From an uncultured Phycisphaerales bacterium (GTDB lineage: Bacteria; Planctomycetota; Phycisphaerae; Sedimentisphaerales; Anaerobacaceae), in the NCBI GenBank assembly GCA_963718665.1, contig OY970359.1, positions 2,016,001-2,080,000 of the forward strand: a stretch of DNA of 64,000 nt. The letters run 5' to 3'. The notes under the pieces were generated by a model. That model was not told the DNA's origin and ran no database searches. It saw only the letters and a program-made list of their open reading frames with translations. Both the position numbers and the translations under genes were made by a program. Numbering within the stretch: position 1 is the stretch's first letter; every line of letters begins with the position of its first letter. Below are positions 19,367-29,148 of the stretch, piece after piece.

Positions 19367-21307
19367 CTAAATCGCAGACACGCCTTTTTCTCCGGTTCGA
19401 ATTCGCATTGCTTCCGACGCGTCCATCACAAAGATTTTTCCATCGCCGGCTTCGCCGGTGTATAAAACTTCTCTTATTATTTTCATTACGTACGGCACAT
19501 CCCACTTTTTGACTAATATATCGACCCGGTCTTTCGGAACAAAATACGTCATATTTATGTCGGAGTTCTCATCATCCACATCTATATGACCTCTTTGTCT
19601 GCCGAAACCTTTGACTTTAGTTACCGTCATTCCCATAAGAAGCTCTTCGTCTTTAAGGACCTCGGCGAGGATGTTAAGCCGTTCAGGACGGATGACGACC
19701 GATATCATCTTCAAGTCGTAGGTTTTGCTCACTGTGCCGACGGCGACGTACAGAAAGCTCGCAATGGCCCAGGCGCCGCACATATAGAAGCAAATCTTTG
19801 CCTCCGTTTTCGAATCGGCGTTGCCGATGGCATACAGGTAAATTATCGCCGCCAGCATAATGAGGTTTGCAATCACCCCGAGGACTGGAATAATCCAGTG
19901 TTTCGGGAGTTTGAAATCGGCTCTCTTTTTGAAAGCGACAATTGTCCATACACAGGTCAAACCATAGAGGACAAAAGTGCCGAAGTTCGAGGCGAGCGTA
20001 ATTCCCGTAAGACCGACTACTGAACGGACCCCTATGGCGGCGATTATGCAGGAAACAATTACCAGCGTCCACAAAGCTGTATGAGGGGTGCCGTGTTTGC
20101 TTATAAAGCTGAGGAATTTCGGTAATTCAAGGTCTTCTCCCATTCCGCAGGTGACGCGGACGGCCGTGTTCATACAGCTTAAAGTCGTGCCGATTACGGC
20201 GATTGCCACGGTTACGGCCATAGTAATCATCAGGCCAAAGCCGAGACCATGAAACAAACTGTTGCCGAGGATTTGCGCGAGGTCCCCGATAGGAGCGCTT
20301 GAGCCGGCGGCGGCAGCCATTCCGGTTACTGCTGCTGTTTGCCCGGCAGCGGTAAACGTTAGCTTTTCATTTATCATATAACCTGCGCCGAAATACTCCA
20401 GCAGATACGCAAACAATCCCTGAATTACCAAGGACAGGATAATGGCCTTTGGAATCGTGGATTTAGGGTTCTTTACCTCAGCGGCCAGGGCGGTGCAGCT
20501 TTCAAAACCGACCAGTATCAAAATAGCGAGGGTCGATTGAATCAGGACGCCGTTAAGCGTATGTGGACGGATGACGTCCCAGGCGCCGCTGAAAGACCAT
20601 GTTGTTGCCGCCTGGGGATTCGAGAAACGGTAATAAATGGCCAGGGCGGTGAAAACAACCAGGGTAACGAGCTGTATGATGTTAATCCAGATTGCGGTTA
20701 TCGTTGAGCCGGTTACGCCGCGATATGCTATGTATCCTGTGGCGAAAGCAAATACCGCGGCAATTATAACCAGCATCTCTACTGACAGCGTATTTCCGCT
20801 GAACGCCGTGTAGAGATAACCAATCAGGTTGGCCATCATAGCCACCATAACGCCTGGATATACCCAGTAGAAAAGGTGGGCGGCCCATCCGGTAACTATT
20901 TTTGACATACGGGCCAGGGAGGTAGGCGTTCCTCTTTTCAGGTTCTGGCTGTCAAGAAATGCCTTCTCCGCGAAATAGGTAACGCTTGCAAAACCCGCTT
21001 CGGGATATATCTTGGCAAGCTCCGAGTAGGAAATAGCGGTAAGAAAGCAAAGGCCTAATGCAACCACTATCCCCGACCAGATATCGCTTGCAACCGAAGC
21101 CCCGCTTGGGGAGGTGGCGGCGGCCTGGAGCTGATATGTAATCCACAGGAACGCCCCCGGGGCAATTAGCGCCATAGCGTTTGCGGTGGCGCCAAACAAG
21201 CCCAGCGTGGCTTTTATTTGGGGTTCGGCTGCTATTTTCCCGACCCCGGCGCTCGCAGTAGCCGCACCAGTTTCAATCCCATTTTCAATCGTTATGCTTG
21301 TAGACAT
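19367..21307 (-). CDS. APC-family amino acid/amine permease fused to a C-terminal PII domain
   Basis: About 12 hydrophobic segments with LVGFESCTALAAEVKNPKSTIPKAI; C-terminal KMISVVIRP...GFGRQRG...TGEAGDGKIF...RIRTGE. Confidence 0.88.
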   Translation of the reverse strand: MSTSITIENGIETGAATASAGVGKIAAEPQIKATLGLFGATANAMALIAPGAFLWITYQLQAAATSPSGASVASDIWSGIVVALGLCFLTAISYSELAKIYPEAGFASVTYFAEKAFLDSQNLKRGTPTSLARMSKIVTGWAAHLFYWVYPGVMVAMMANLIGYLYTAFSGNTLSVEMLVIIAAVFAFATGYIAYRGVTGSTITAIWINIIQLVTLVVFTALAIYYRFSNPQAATTWSFSGAWDVIRPHTLNGVLIQSTLAILILVGFESCTALAAEVKNPKSTIPKAIILSLVIQGLFAYLLEYFGAGYMINEKLTFTAAGQTAAVTGMAAAAGSSAPIGDLAQILGNSLFHGLGFGLMITMAVTVAIAVIGTTLSCMNTAVRVTCGMGEDLELPKFLSFISKHGTPHTALWTLVIVSCIIAAIGVRSVVGLTGITLASNFGTFVLYGLTCVWTIVAFKKRADFKLPKHWIIPVLGVIANLIMLAAIIYLYAIGNADSKTEAKICFYMCGAWAIASFLYVAVGTVSKTYDLKMISVVIRPERLNILAEVLKDEELLMGMTVTKVKGFGRQRGHIDVDDENSDINMTYFVPKDRVDILVKKWDVPYVMKIIREVLYTGEAGDGKIFVMDASEAMRIRTGEKGVSAI

Positions 21308-21417
21308 AATTTGTTTCTCCTTTAGTAAACACTACGGATAGTCAATATTCAAAACACATCGACAATTTCCACAAATCGCATTTTTGCCTTTAATAATTCA
21401 ATCGGTTTTATTCCGTT

Positions 21418-22197
21418 TTAAAACGAAGTTGATATTCCTAATCCTGCCCAGAAGTTGTCGCTCTTGTTCGTGGCTTCCCGTATCGAGTTGCCGAGCATTG
21501 TCGAGTAGTTGAGGCTTGGTTTAATCGTCCACGTATAGACATTGAAGGGCAGTCCCGCCGTAAGCGTAAGGTCGTTTGACTGGCCGCTGTTTACGCCGAA
21601 GTAGCCCCTGTCATAAGCCGCGTTGGCCCAGCCATAGCTTGCGCCTAAAAGTAAGCCGCAATAGCAATTCTCGTTCATTACGTAAATCTTATCGAAGGTT
21701 TGCCCGATGCTGTACTGGAAATAACTGCCGTGGATTTCCTGGATGTCGCGAAACCACTTGAACGAAGGCGTCAAAGGTACTTTGGGCAAACTGAAGCCGC
21801 CGTAAATTTCAGTTGTTGGATGAAGCTCAGTGCTCGGGAACTGATAGTAAATTGTGCCAACCGAGCCGCTTAACCAATCAATACCCGGAATCGTATTGGT
21901 GTAATCGAGTGTCAAGTCGTATTCGCTGAACCCCCCGGCGTTGTCGGGGGCGGTCTTGGACCTGTTTGTCATGTCAAGGTTGCCCCAGATTGAGCCGGTA
22001 AAGCCATAGGCACTTGCGGAGATGGTTGGCTGCAGCACGCTGCTGTTGTCAACGTTCTGGCCTCGCCAGATATACTTGCTGAAGTAATCCAAGGAAACCC
22101 CATATGTAACAACCTTGTCGTCGGCTGCCGCTGTTCCCGCCGCAAATGTAATCAACGCGAGCCCCAATACAACACTACCAGTTCTTAACGACTTCAC
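21418..22197 (-). CDS. Putative outer-membrane beta-barrel protein (TorF/TIGR02001-like)
   Basis: Signal peptide, SKYIWRG motif, alternating strands, C-terminal Phe. Confidence 0.75.
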   Translation of the reverse strand: MKSLRTGSVVLGLALITFAAGTAAADDKVVTYGVSLDYFSKYIWRGQNVDNSSVLQPTISASAYGFTGSIWGNLDMTNRSKTAPDNAGGFSEYDLTLDYTNTIPGIDWLSGSVGTIYYQFPSTELHPTTEIYGGFSLPKVPLTPSFKWFRDIQEIHGSYFQYSIGQTFDKIYVMNENCYCGLLLGASYGWANAAYDRGYFGVNSGQSNDLTLTAGLPFNVYTWTIKPSLNYSTMLGNSIREATNKSDNFWAGLGISTSF

Positions 22198-22276
22198 TTT
22201 TTTCTCCTTTCAAAAACCACCTAAAATAATGTTCGTTAGTTTTTCGCACAGTGGGCTTGGGCCGCATATCAGATAA

Positions 22277-22291
22277 GCAATAACTGTGCCA
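22277..22291 (-). promoter_or_regulatory. Sigma54 promoter for barrel-APC/PII-PII operon
   Basis: TGGCAC-AGTTA-TTGC. Confidence 0.9.
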
Positions 22292-22383
22292 GAAACAGGA
22301 AGAGTTGCTTGCGCATTACATAACTCCTTTATTTTGCTGTCGTTACGATTGTTTTGTCGCGGGGTCTATCGTAGGGGTGATTT

Positions 22384-22427
22384 ATACAAAAATGTAAATG
22401 TGCCTAATATCGACTACAAAAATGTAG
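22384..22427. promoter_or_regulatory. Paired upstream activator boxes ACA-N4-TGT
   Basis: ATACAAAAATGTAA (22384) and CTACAAAAATGTAG (22414). Confidence 0.8.
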
Positions 22428-22439
22428 CCAAATGGCGTA

Positions 22440-23969
22440 TCAGGAAAGCAGTTTCGGGTAAATGGCGTACGTCTTTATTTTGTAGCCGAGGATTCGTTCG
22501 GTTAGGCCAAGCTCCTGGGCGGCCTTTCTCTGCTGGCCGCCGGATTTCTTCAGCGCGTCGATGATAAGCTCTCGCTCTTTGTTGGCGATTATCTCGGCCA
22601 AAGAGTGCCCGGCGACTTGCTCGCTCTTTTTTATCATTTGAAGCGAAGGAGGCAGATGCTCCGAGCGTATTACATCTTCATCGCAGAGCAGCACCGCTCT
22701 CTCGATGCAATTTTCCAGCTCCCTGATGTTGCCCGGCCAGTGGTAGCTCGTCAGCATTTCTATTGCAGGTGTTGAAATGCGGGTTATGTTCTTTTTGTTC
22801 TCCGCGGCGTATTTCTCAAGGAAATGGTCCGCCAACTGCATTATATCATCTTTGCGTTCTCTCAAAGGCGGCAGGTAAATCGGGAAAACGTTTACCCGGT
22901 AATACAAGTCCTCGCGGAAGATGCCTTCTTTTATCTGCTGTTCAAGGTTTTTGTTTGTGGCGACGATAATCCGAACGTTTGATTTGATTGTTTCGTTGCC
23001 GCCAAGCCGCTCGAATTCCTTGAATTGAATCACCCGCAATAATTTGATCTGCAGATTGATGGGGAAATCGCCTATTTCATCTAAGAATATAGTACCGCCG
23101 TGCGCCCTTTCGAATCTGCCTGTTTTGAGTTCCGTCGCGCCTGTAAAAGCTCCTTTTTCGTGCCCGAACAATTCGCTTTCGAGCAGTGTTTCTGGCAGGG
23201 CGGTGCAGTTGACCTTGATAAAGGGCTTTTCCGCCCTCGGGCTGTTATAGTGAATGGCGTGGGCCACGAGGTCCTTGCCTGTGCCGCTCTCGCCGCGAAT
23301 CAGAACGGTCGCGTTGCTGTCGGCCACCTGTTCGACGAGCCGGTACACCTGCTGCATTGCGTTGGAGCTTCCTACCATATTTTGAACGTTGAATCGCGTC
23401 TTTAATTCCTGTCGAAGCCGGACGTTTTCGTCGCGGAGCTGTCTTTGTTCGGATTCCACCAGCTTGTTCAGCTTTACCGCCTGGGCAATCATAGTGGAAA
23501 TGATATTGAGCAGCCGGATGTGGCTTTCAAAATCATTATTTTTTTCGGTCTGGCGGTCCACGCTGAGAGCTCCGATGGTTTTGCCTTCGAGCTTGATGGG
23601 AACACAGAAGAACGTTATCGGCCTGCCTTTTGTTGTGTCTCTTGCCCCTGTTTTGTGGACGAAGCGCGGGTCTTTGGATATATCAGGCACGATGATTTCT
23701 TTGCCGGTTTGCACAACTGTTCCGGTTATACCCTCGCCCATCCGGTATATTCCCTTTTTTTTCGACTTTTCGCTCAGGCCGTGGGCTATCTCGATATTTA
23801 TGGTTTCGGTGTCCGGGTTCAGCAGGGTGATTGTCCCGCGTTGCAGCTTCAGGTAAGTGTCCAGCGACTGCAGAATCGAGCGCAGCGTCTGCTTCAGGTC
23901 CAATGATTCCGCAAGCCCCTTTGCTATATCGCTTAAAAGCTGCACTTCCTTGGCTGGATTGGCTTTCAT
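22440..23969 (-). CDS. NifA-like sigma54-dependent activator (GAF-AAA+-HTH)
   Basis: N-terminal [37 protein letters not shown]-terminal HTH. Confidence 0.93.
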   Translation of the reverse strand: MKANPAKEVQLLSDIAKGLAESLDLKQTLRSILQSLDTYLKLQRGTITLLNPDTETINIEIAHGLSEKSKKKGIYRMGEGITGTVVQTGKEIIVPDISKDPRFVHKTGARDTTKGRPITFFCVPIKLEGKTIGALSVDRQTEKNNDFESHIRLLNIISTMIAQAVKLNKLVESEQRQLRDENVRLRQELKTRFNVQNMVGSSNAMQQVYRLVEQVADSNATVLIRGESGTGKDLVAHAIHYNSPRAEKPFIKVNCTALPETLLESELFGHEKGAFTGATELKTGRFERAHGGTIFLDEIGDFPINLQIKLLRVIQFKEFERLGGNETIKSNVRIIVATNKNLEQQIKEGIFREDLYYRVNVFPIYLPPLRERKDDIMQLADHFLEKYAAENKKNITRISTPAIEMLTSYHWPGNIRELENCIERAVLLCDEDVIRSEHLPPSLQMIKKSEQVAGHSLAEIIANKERELIIDALKKSGGQQRKAAQELGLTERILGYKIKTYAIYPKLLS

Positions 23970-24004
23970 TTTTGATTCCTAAACAATAACGGCTGTCGGC
24001 GGAT

Positions 24005-24051
24005 ATGATAACAAGATTGTAGGCAAAATGCAATAAACAACAATTTCGTAT
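24005..24051 (-). promoter_or_regulatory. Sigma70-like promoter of the activator, overlapped by an ACA-N4-TGT box
   Basis: TTGCAT-N17-TATCAT (24033-24005); TAACAAGATTGTAG at 24009 and a weaker box at 24038. Confidence 0.5.
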
Positions 24052-24073
24052 TTTTGACAATCGGCGCCCATAG

Positions 24074-24109
24074 AAAAAGCGACCCCGCCTCGTGAAGAGG
24101 CGGGGTCGC
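24074..24109 (-). terminator. Rho-independent terminator
   Basis: 13-bp GCGACCCCGCCTC stem followed by a T run on the minus strand. Confidence 0.85.
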
Positions 24110-24140
24110 CTGAAAAACTTCTAATCAAGAGTTGTTACAA

Positions 24141-26645
24141 CTAAGGAGCCGGGCAATTGGCGTCAATCGTCATAGCAGCATTTGTCCAGAACGGGTTAGC
24201 GTTAGCATCGGCAACTAATACCGAAGCGCCGGTGGTGCCGCAAAGAACAGAACCAACACCAATTGGACCAGTGGCATCGCCCCAATAGTTATGCTGGGCG
24301 TTCAAAGTTGTTGATCCGATGTTGTTATAGACGGTAGCGATGGCGCCGCCCGGGGTCCGCAGGATTGTGTTACCTCTAAACAGTAAACCAGGCCAATTGA
24401 CGTCAGTGGTTCTGCCGATAGCGTCAATCGCGAGTGCGGCATCCTGGCTTCCAGCCGAGAACGTATTGCCGCTGATGGTCATGCTCTGCAGACGGTAATT
24501 GTCATTACCGTCGGTGCCGAGAGCGGGAGCGATTTCAGATACAAGAATTCCACCGCGACTGAAGGTGTTGTTGGAGATAGTCACGTTAATCAAATTGGTC
24601 TCATTAGGTCCGACCACAACAGACATGCCGTGGTCCGCAGTGTTACCGGAGATAGTTACGCTGCAGGCATCGGACTGTGCGAATTTCACGAAGTTGACAT
24701 CCGCTGTTACCACCTTGGTGAACGTGTTGTTGGTGATAGATATGTTCCTGACTGTTGCTACTGTTGTTCCGTTTGCGAATCCAGGACCAAGATAAACACC
24801 ATTAGCGTCATTCTCAAAGGTGTTATTCGCAATTGTAACCCCATTGGCAGCGTCTATTCTCACACCCATTCTCGCAATACCGACGTTGTTGAGGTCGCAG
24901 TAAGAGACCACCGTGTTATTTTGATTTGCGCCGATTAGGGCGACGGTGCCGGTAGTGGTGCTGCCCTTAATGGCGAAGCCCTGTCCTGCCGAGCCACCGA
25001 TTGTGCAGCCAGGGGAAAGGATGCTTATACCATTAGCTTCAGGAGGTACAAGTTGAATAATCGTAGAAGCAGAGCCGCTCGCCGAGTTAAGCGTAATATT
25101 GGGCTCAGGGAGACAAGGGTCTTCGTTATACGTTCCTGCCGGGATGGTAACAGTTGTAGGTGCGTAAGGAGAACCACCACGGGTGGCAACGGCGATGTTT
25201 ATCTGTGTCTGGATGGTTAGCGGAGTTGTTGCTCCTAAAGCAGCGGACCAGGCGGTTGTATTGCTACAGGCATCTTCTGCCTGGACCTGGTAGCTATATG
25301 TGTTATTTTGAGTGCAATTTCCATCCGTGAAGTTTCCATCGGCGAGCCAACCCCTGCACACAACTAATCCACCTGTGCTGTACCGGAATCGATACATGAC
25401 ACCACAAGGATCGGTCGCGTGTGCCTGCATAGTAATTGAGGTGGGGCTTGTGGCATAAGGGGGTATCGAGAAAACCAGCCCTGCCGGTGGGGTTGTATCC
25501 ACTAGAGTAGTTGCGTTTGCCTCGACTGATGCAGCCGTTACATTCGGCACCAAAGCGTCATCCCGGGCCATTACATTGTAGTCATACCTCTTACTAGGAG
25601 TAAGGTTGCTGTCTACGTAGGTCGGTGTGAGTATCCAGCCGCTGTTGTGATTATTGGGATCCTGCATATTTGTAAAGTAGTACTGTACAGGAGGAGCGTT
25701 GGGCTCAGTTGCGGTTGTCGCGGTCATTGTAATTTGAGTGCTACTTATCGCCGCAGGTACACTTGCCCACGTCATTGGATTTGGAGTAGGCGAGGTGGTG
25801 GTCGCTGTTTTGTTGGTTCTTGCGGTTGCACTGGCTGATGGGTCGGTTAAATTCGGCACAGCCGCGCTATCCTCGGCCGTTACAGTGTATGTGTAATTAG
25901 TATCAGGAGTAAGGCCGCTGTCTGTCCAGGTCGCAGAGGTTATCCAGCCGCTGTTGTGACTGGTATTGGTACTATTTACAAAGGAGTATTGTACAGGAGG
26001 AGAGGCAGCATCGGTTGCGGTTGTTGCGGTCATTGTAATTTGAGTGTCGCTTAGTGCCGCAGGTACACTTGCCCACGTCATTGGGTTTGGTGTAGGTGGA
26101 GTGGTATCTGCGATAACGGTGTATTTTGTCAGAGACTCGGAGATGTCATTAACGGCATCGGGAACATCCTTGCCCGCTTCAGATTTCGTCCACTTAGGGT
26201 CCAATGTCGCAGTCATAGCGCCAAAGCCCAATTCGCCGACAAGTATGGAGCCGTTCAGGGTTTTCGCGACAGTTTTACCGGTGAGACCAACAGCTCCTCC
26301 ATCAGCAGTTTTTCCAGCCAGCACTGCTTCGTTATTGCCGCTCACATAATGAGCAACTAAGTAGCCGGTCTCGGAAGTAAAATCAAACGTTACGTTTACT
26401 GTTGTTTGCGTTTTATCCGCGGCCTTAACACCCTGATAGGTCAACTGTTGTGCATCGCAGACGTCTTGAGTATCAGTGACAACGAGCACTAAGTAGCCGT
26501 TCAGTGTTTGCGCCACAATTGCGCCGCTGCTAAAATCCGAGGTCTTTTGGGTAGTTTTGTAAACAAGAGTGTTGTTGCCATAACTGGGGACACACATCAT
26601 CGCCACAAAAACTGCCACAAAAACTAATACTAACAACTTTCTCAT
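24141..26645 (-). CDS. Large exported protein: FN3-like repeats plus pectin-lyase-like beta-helix
   Basis: Signal peptide after AAAGGAG RBS; duplicated PTPNPMTWASVPAA..SGWI..Y repeats; TISGNTF beta-helix repeats. Confidence 0.8.
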   Translation of the reverse strand: MRKLLVLVFVAVFVAMMCVPSYGNNTLVYKTTQKTSDFSSGAIVAQTLNGYLVLVVTDTQDVCDAQQLTYQGVKAADKTQTTVNVTFDFTSETGYLVAHYVSGNNEAVLAGKTADGGAVGLTGKTVAKTLNGSILVGELGFGAMTATLDPKWTKSEAGKDVPDAVNDISESLTKYTVIADTTPPTPNPMTWASVPAALSDTQITMTATTATDAASPPVQYSFVNSTNTSHNSGWITSATWTDSGLTPDTNYTYTVTAEDSAAVPNLTDPSASATARTNKTATTTSPTPNPMTWASVPAAISSTQITMTATTATEPNAPPVQYYFTNMQDPNNHNSGWILTPTYVDSNLTPSKRYDYNVMARDDALVPNVTAASVEANATTLVDTTPPAGLVFSIPPYATSPTSITMQAHATDPCGVMYRFRYSTGGLVVCRGWLADGNFTDGNCTQNNTYSYQVQAEDACSNTTAWSAALGATTPLTIQTQINIAVATRGGSPYAPTTVTIPAGTYNEDPCLPEPNITLNSASGSASTIIQLVPPEANGISILSPGCTIGGSAGQGFAIKGSTTTGTVALIGANQNNTVVSYCDLNNVGIARMGVRIDAANGVTIANNTFENDANGVYLGPGFANGTTVATVRNISITNNTFTKVVTADVNFVKFAQSDACSVTISGNTADHGMSVVVGPNETNLINVTISNNTFSRGGILVSEIAPALGTDGNDNYRLQSMTISGNTFSAGSQDAALAIDAIGRTTDVNWPGLLFRGNTILRTPGGAIATVYNNIGSTTLNAQHNYWGDATGPIGVGSVLCGTTGASVLVADANANPFWTNAAMTIDANCPAP

Positions 26646-27135
26646 CTTAATTCTCCTTTCGAATAACTTTTCCATCTTGAATACGTTTTTAATTCCTAAA
26701 ATATCCTCTTCGAATTTCTAATGGCCGTCTAATGGCTTTTCCATCCGCAAATCTCCTTTCTTATAACACCTTTAATACCTTCCCATCCTTTATTTCCTTT
26801 TTGCGTATAATAACCTTTTTCCGCCGACCGAAAAAAGGAAATTATACGCAAACATTTATATCCACAATATAAGAGTTATTCTCCAATCTTAATCACAACC
26901 CTAACTTGTTGTGCAATTTCAAAGGAAACGCCCTTATCAGTATTATCACCTTGTCTATAAAACTTCTTCGCGGTATATAATGACCGAGCTTTACGGCACA
27001 ATCAACAAAATTTTATTATTTTTTTGCAAAATTTTCAAAAGCGCCTATACTTTGTCTCAGCGTTCTTAAAACAAAGCATAAAGCTCGTTGATTGAAACCT
27101 AATTTAAAACCGGTTAATTATCAAGGAATATTTTT

Positions 27136-28035
27136 ATGGTCGAAGCAAAAAAGCAGTATGGATTTTCCGTTTCAGCAGTTTGCATCCTTCTTGTTTCTCT
27201 TTCCATTATATGTATTATTATCGGCTGTTCGTCAAAAAAAGGTAAACCAAGTGCCGGGAAATCTCATCCTGCCAAGAATGACGCTAACACCTCTTCATCA
27301 GTAGATAAGTTGCCTCAATCACCCAAATCCCCCATTTTGCCATCGCCGGATACAAATCAGACCGCTGCGCCCCGTGAAGGCGGAATATCCACAGTTGTTC
27401 TGCGGAAAGAATATAACATAGCAAGCAGCAGTGAGAAAAAAATTGAGATTTTGCAGTTTCTGCCCGACGGCGAGATTGACCGTGACCCCTGCGCAATTGA
27501 AATAGTTCAGACGGCGGTGGCGGATGAGGATAACGATGTGGCTCTGGCAGGGATTGAGTTAGTACGGGGATGTAAAAGTCCGGAGGTTCTGCCTGTGGTA
27601 GCTAAGGCGATGTCGCATCCTGATGAGGAGGTCAGGCAAACGGCGGTAACCATTCTTTCAGATATTAACGACCCGCAGACAGGCGACTTGCTCGCTACGG
27701 CGGTGTCGGATGAATCGGAAAATATACGGAATGTTGCTCTTGACATAGCCAGATATAAAGACGAACAGGTTCGATTCAAGGTACTCGAAAAGGGGATTTC
27801 GTGCCCATACGGCGATACAAAGGAAGATTCAATTGCTATGCTGGAAAATATGGGGGGGCACCGTGCCGTGGATATTTTGATAGAAGCCCTGCAGGACAAA
27901 GACGCCGAATTCCGTGAAAAAGTCACTTCCGCCATTAGTATGCTAATCGATAAGGAATTTGGGTCATACGAAGAAGCCAAAACCTGGTGGGAGAATAACA
28001 AAGGTAAATATGATGAAGATTTATCCCTGAAGTAG
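27136..28035 (+). CDS. HEAT-repeat lipoprotein
   Basis: IIGC lipobox; repeats such as HPDEEVRQTAV, DESENIRNVAL, DKDAEFR. Confidence 0.75.
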   Translation: MVEAKKQYGFSVSAVCILLVSLSIICIIIGCSSKKGKPSAGKSHPAKNDANTSSSVDKLPQSPKSPILPSPDTNQTAAPREGGISTVVLRKEYNIASSSEKKIEILQFLPDGEIDRDPCAIEIVQTAVADEDNDVALAGIELVRGCKSPEVLPVVAKAMSHPDEEVRQTAVTILSDINDPQTGDLLATAVSDESENIRNVALDIARYKDEQVRFKVLEKGISCPYGDTKEDSIAMLENMGGHRAVDILIEALQDKDAEFREKVTSAISMLIDKEFGSYEEAKTWWENNKGKYDEDLSLK

Positions 28036-28140
28036 TGTTTTCCAGGCAATAAAAAACTTAGAGAATTTTTCAAGACGTATCCTTAATTATATGAGATTGG
28101 TATTGATGCCTTGTCTTATTGTCTAAAGGGCTCGATTTTT

Positions 28141-29148
28141 ATGAAGAAAGCTTTAGTTACGGGTATTACAGGCCAGGATGGCTCCTATCTTACCGAACTT
28201 CTCCTTAAAAAGGGCTACGAGGTCTGGGGTATCATCCGCAGAAGTTCATCATTCCACACGGGCAGAATCGACCATTTGTATAAAGACCCCCACGAAAAAC
28301 CACATCTTCGTCTTGTTTATGGCGACCTTACCGATGGTGGCAATCTCGCCACCATAGTCAATGAGCTTCAGCCCGATGAAATATACAACCTCGGTGCGCA
28401 AAGCCACGTCAAGGTAAGCTTTGAAACGCCGGTTTATACCGTCAATACGGATGCTCTCGGGACACTTCGCCTGCTCGAAGCCCTTCGTTCAATGAAAAAT
28501 CCTCCCAGGTTCTATCAGGCATCCAGCAGCGAAATGTATGGCAAGGTAGTCGAAACCCCGCAGAGCGAAAAAACTCCCTTTTACCCCAGAAGTCCCTACG
28601 GTTGTGCCAAGGTATATAGTTTCTGGCAGACGGTCAACTACCGCGAAGCTTATGGTCTTTTCGCCTGCAATGGCATCCTCTTCAACCACGAATCTCCTCG
28701 TCGGGGTGAAACTTTCGTCACTCGAAAAATTACCCGTGCCGCAACTCGCATAAAACTTGGTCTTCAGGAAAAGCTCTACCTCGGTAATCTTGACGCTAAG
28801 CGCGACTGGGGCTATGCGGGCGATTATGTCGAGGCGATGTGGCTTATCCTCCAGCAGAATAAACCCGATGATTTCGTCATTGCTACCGGTGAAACCCACT
28901 CTGTCCGTGAGTTCGTCGAAGAGGTCTTCGGCTGTCTCGATATGGACTGGCAGAAATACATCGAGGTTGACCCCGCGTATTTCAGGCCTGCCGAAGTGGA
29001 CATGCTCCAAGGCGATGCGACAAAAGCAGCCAAAGTCCTCAGCTGGAAACCGAAGGTATCTTTCAAAGAGCTTGCGAAAATGATGACCGAGGCCGATTTG
29101 AAAATCGCGCAGCAGGAAAAAATCATCGCGGAGCACGACAGAAAATAA
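28141..29148 (+). CDS. gmd: GDP-mannose 4,6-dehydratase
   Basis: [41 protein letters not shown]. Confidence 0.96.
   Translation: MKKALVTGITGQDGSYLTELLLKKGYEVWGIIRRSSSFHTGRIDHLYKDPHEKPHLRLVYGDLTDGGNLATIVNELQPDEIYNLGAQSHVKVSFETPVYTVNTDALGTLRLLEALRSMKNPPRFYQASSSEMYGKVVETPQSEKTPFYPRSPYGCAKVYSFWQTVNYREAYGLFACNGILFNHESPRRGETFVTRKITRAATRIKLGLQEKLYLGNLDAKRDWGYAGDYVEAMWLILQQNKPDDFVIATGETHSVREFVEEVFGCLDMDWQKYIEVDPAYFRPAEVDMLQGDATKAAKVLSWKPKVSFKELAKMMTEADLKIAQQEKIIAEHDRK

Noticed and set aside
22440..23969. Calling the activator nifA and inferring nitrogen fixation
   Set aside because: No nif genes in the window and no TGT-N10-ACA sites at its apparent target promoters
25560..26110. Mobile DNA repeat within the large exported gene
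   Set aside because: It is an in-frame duplication of an FN3-like domain
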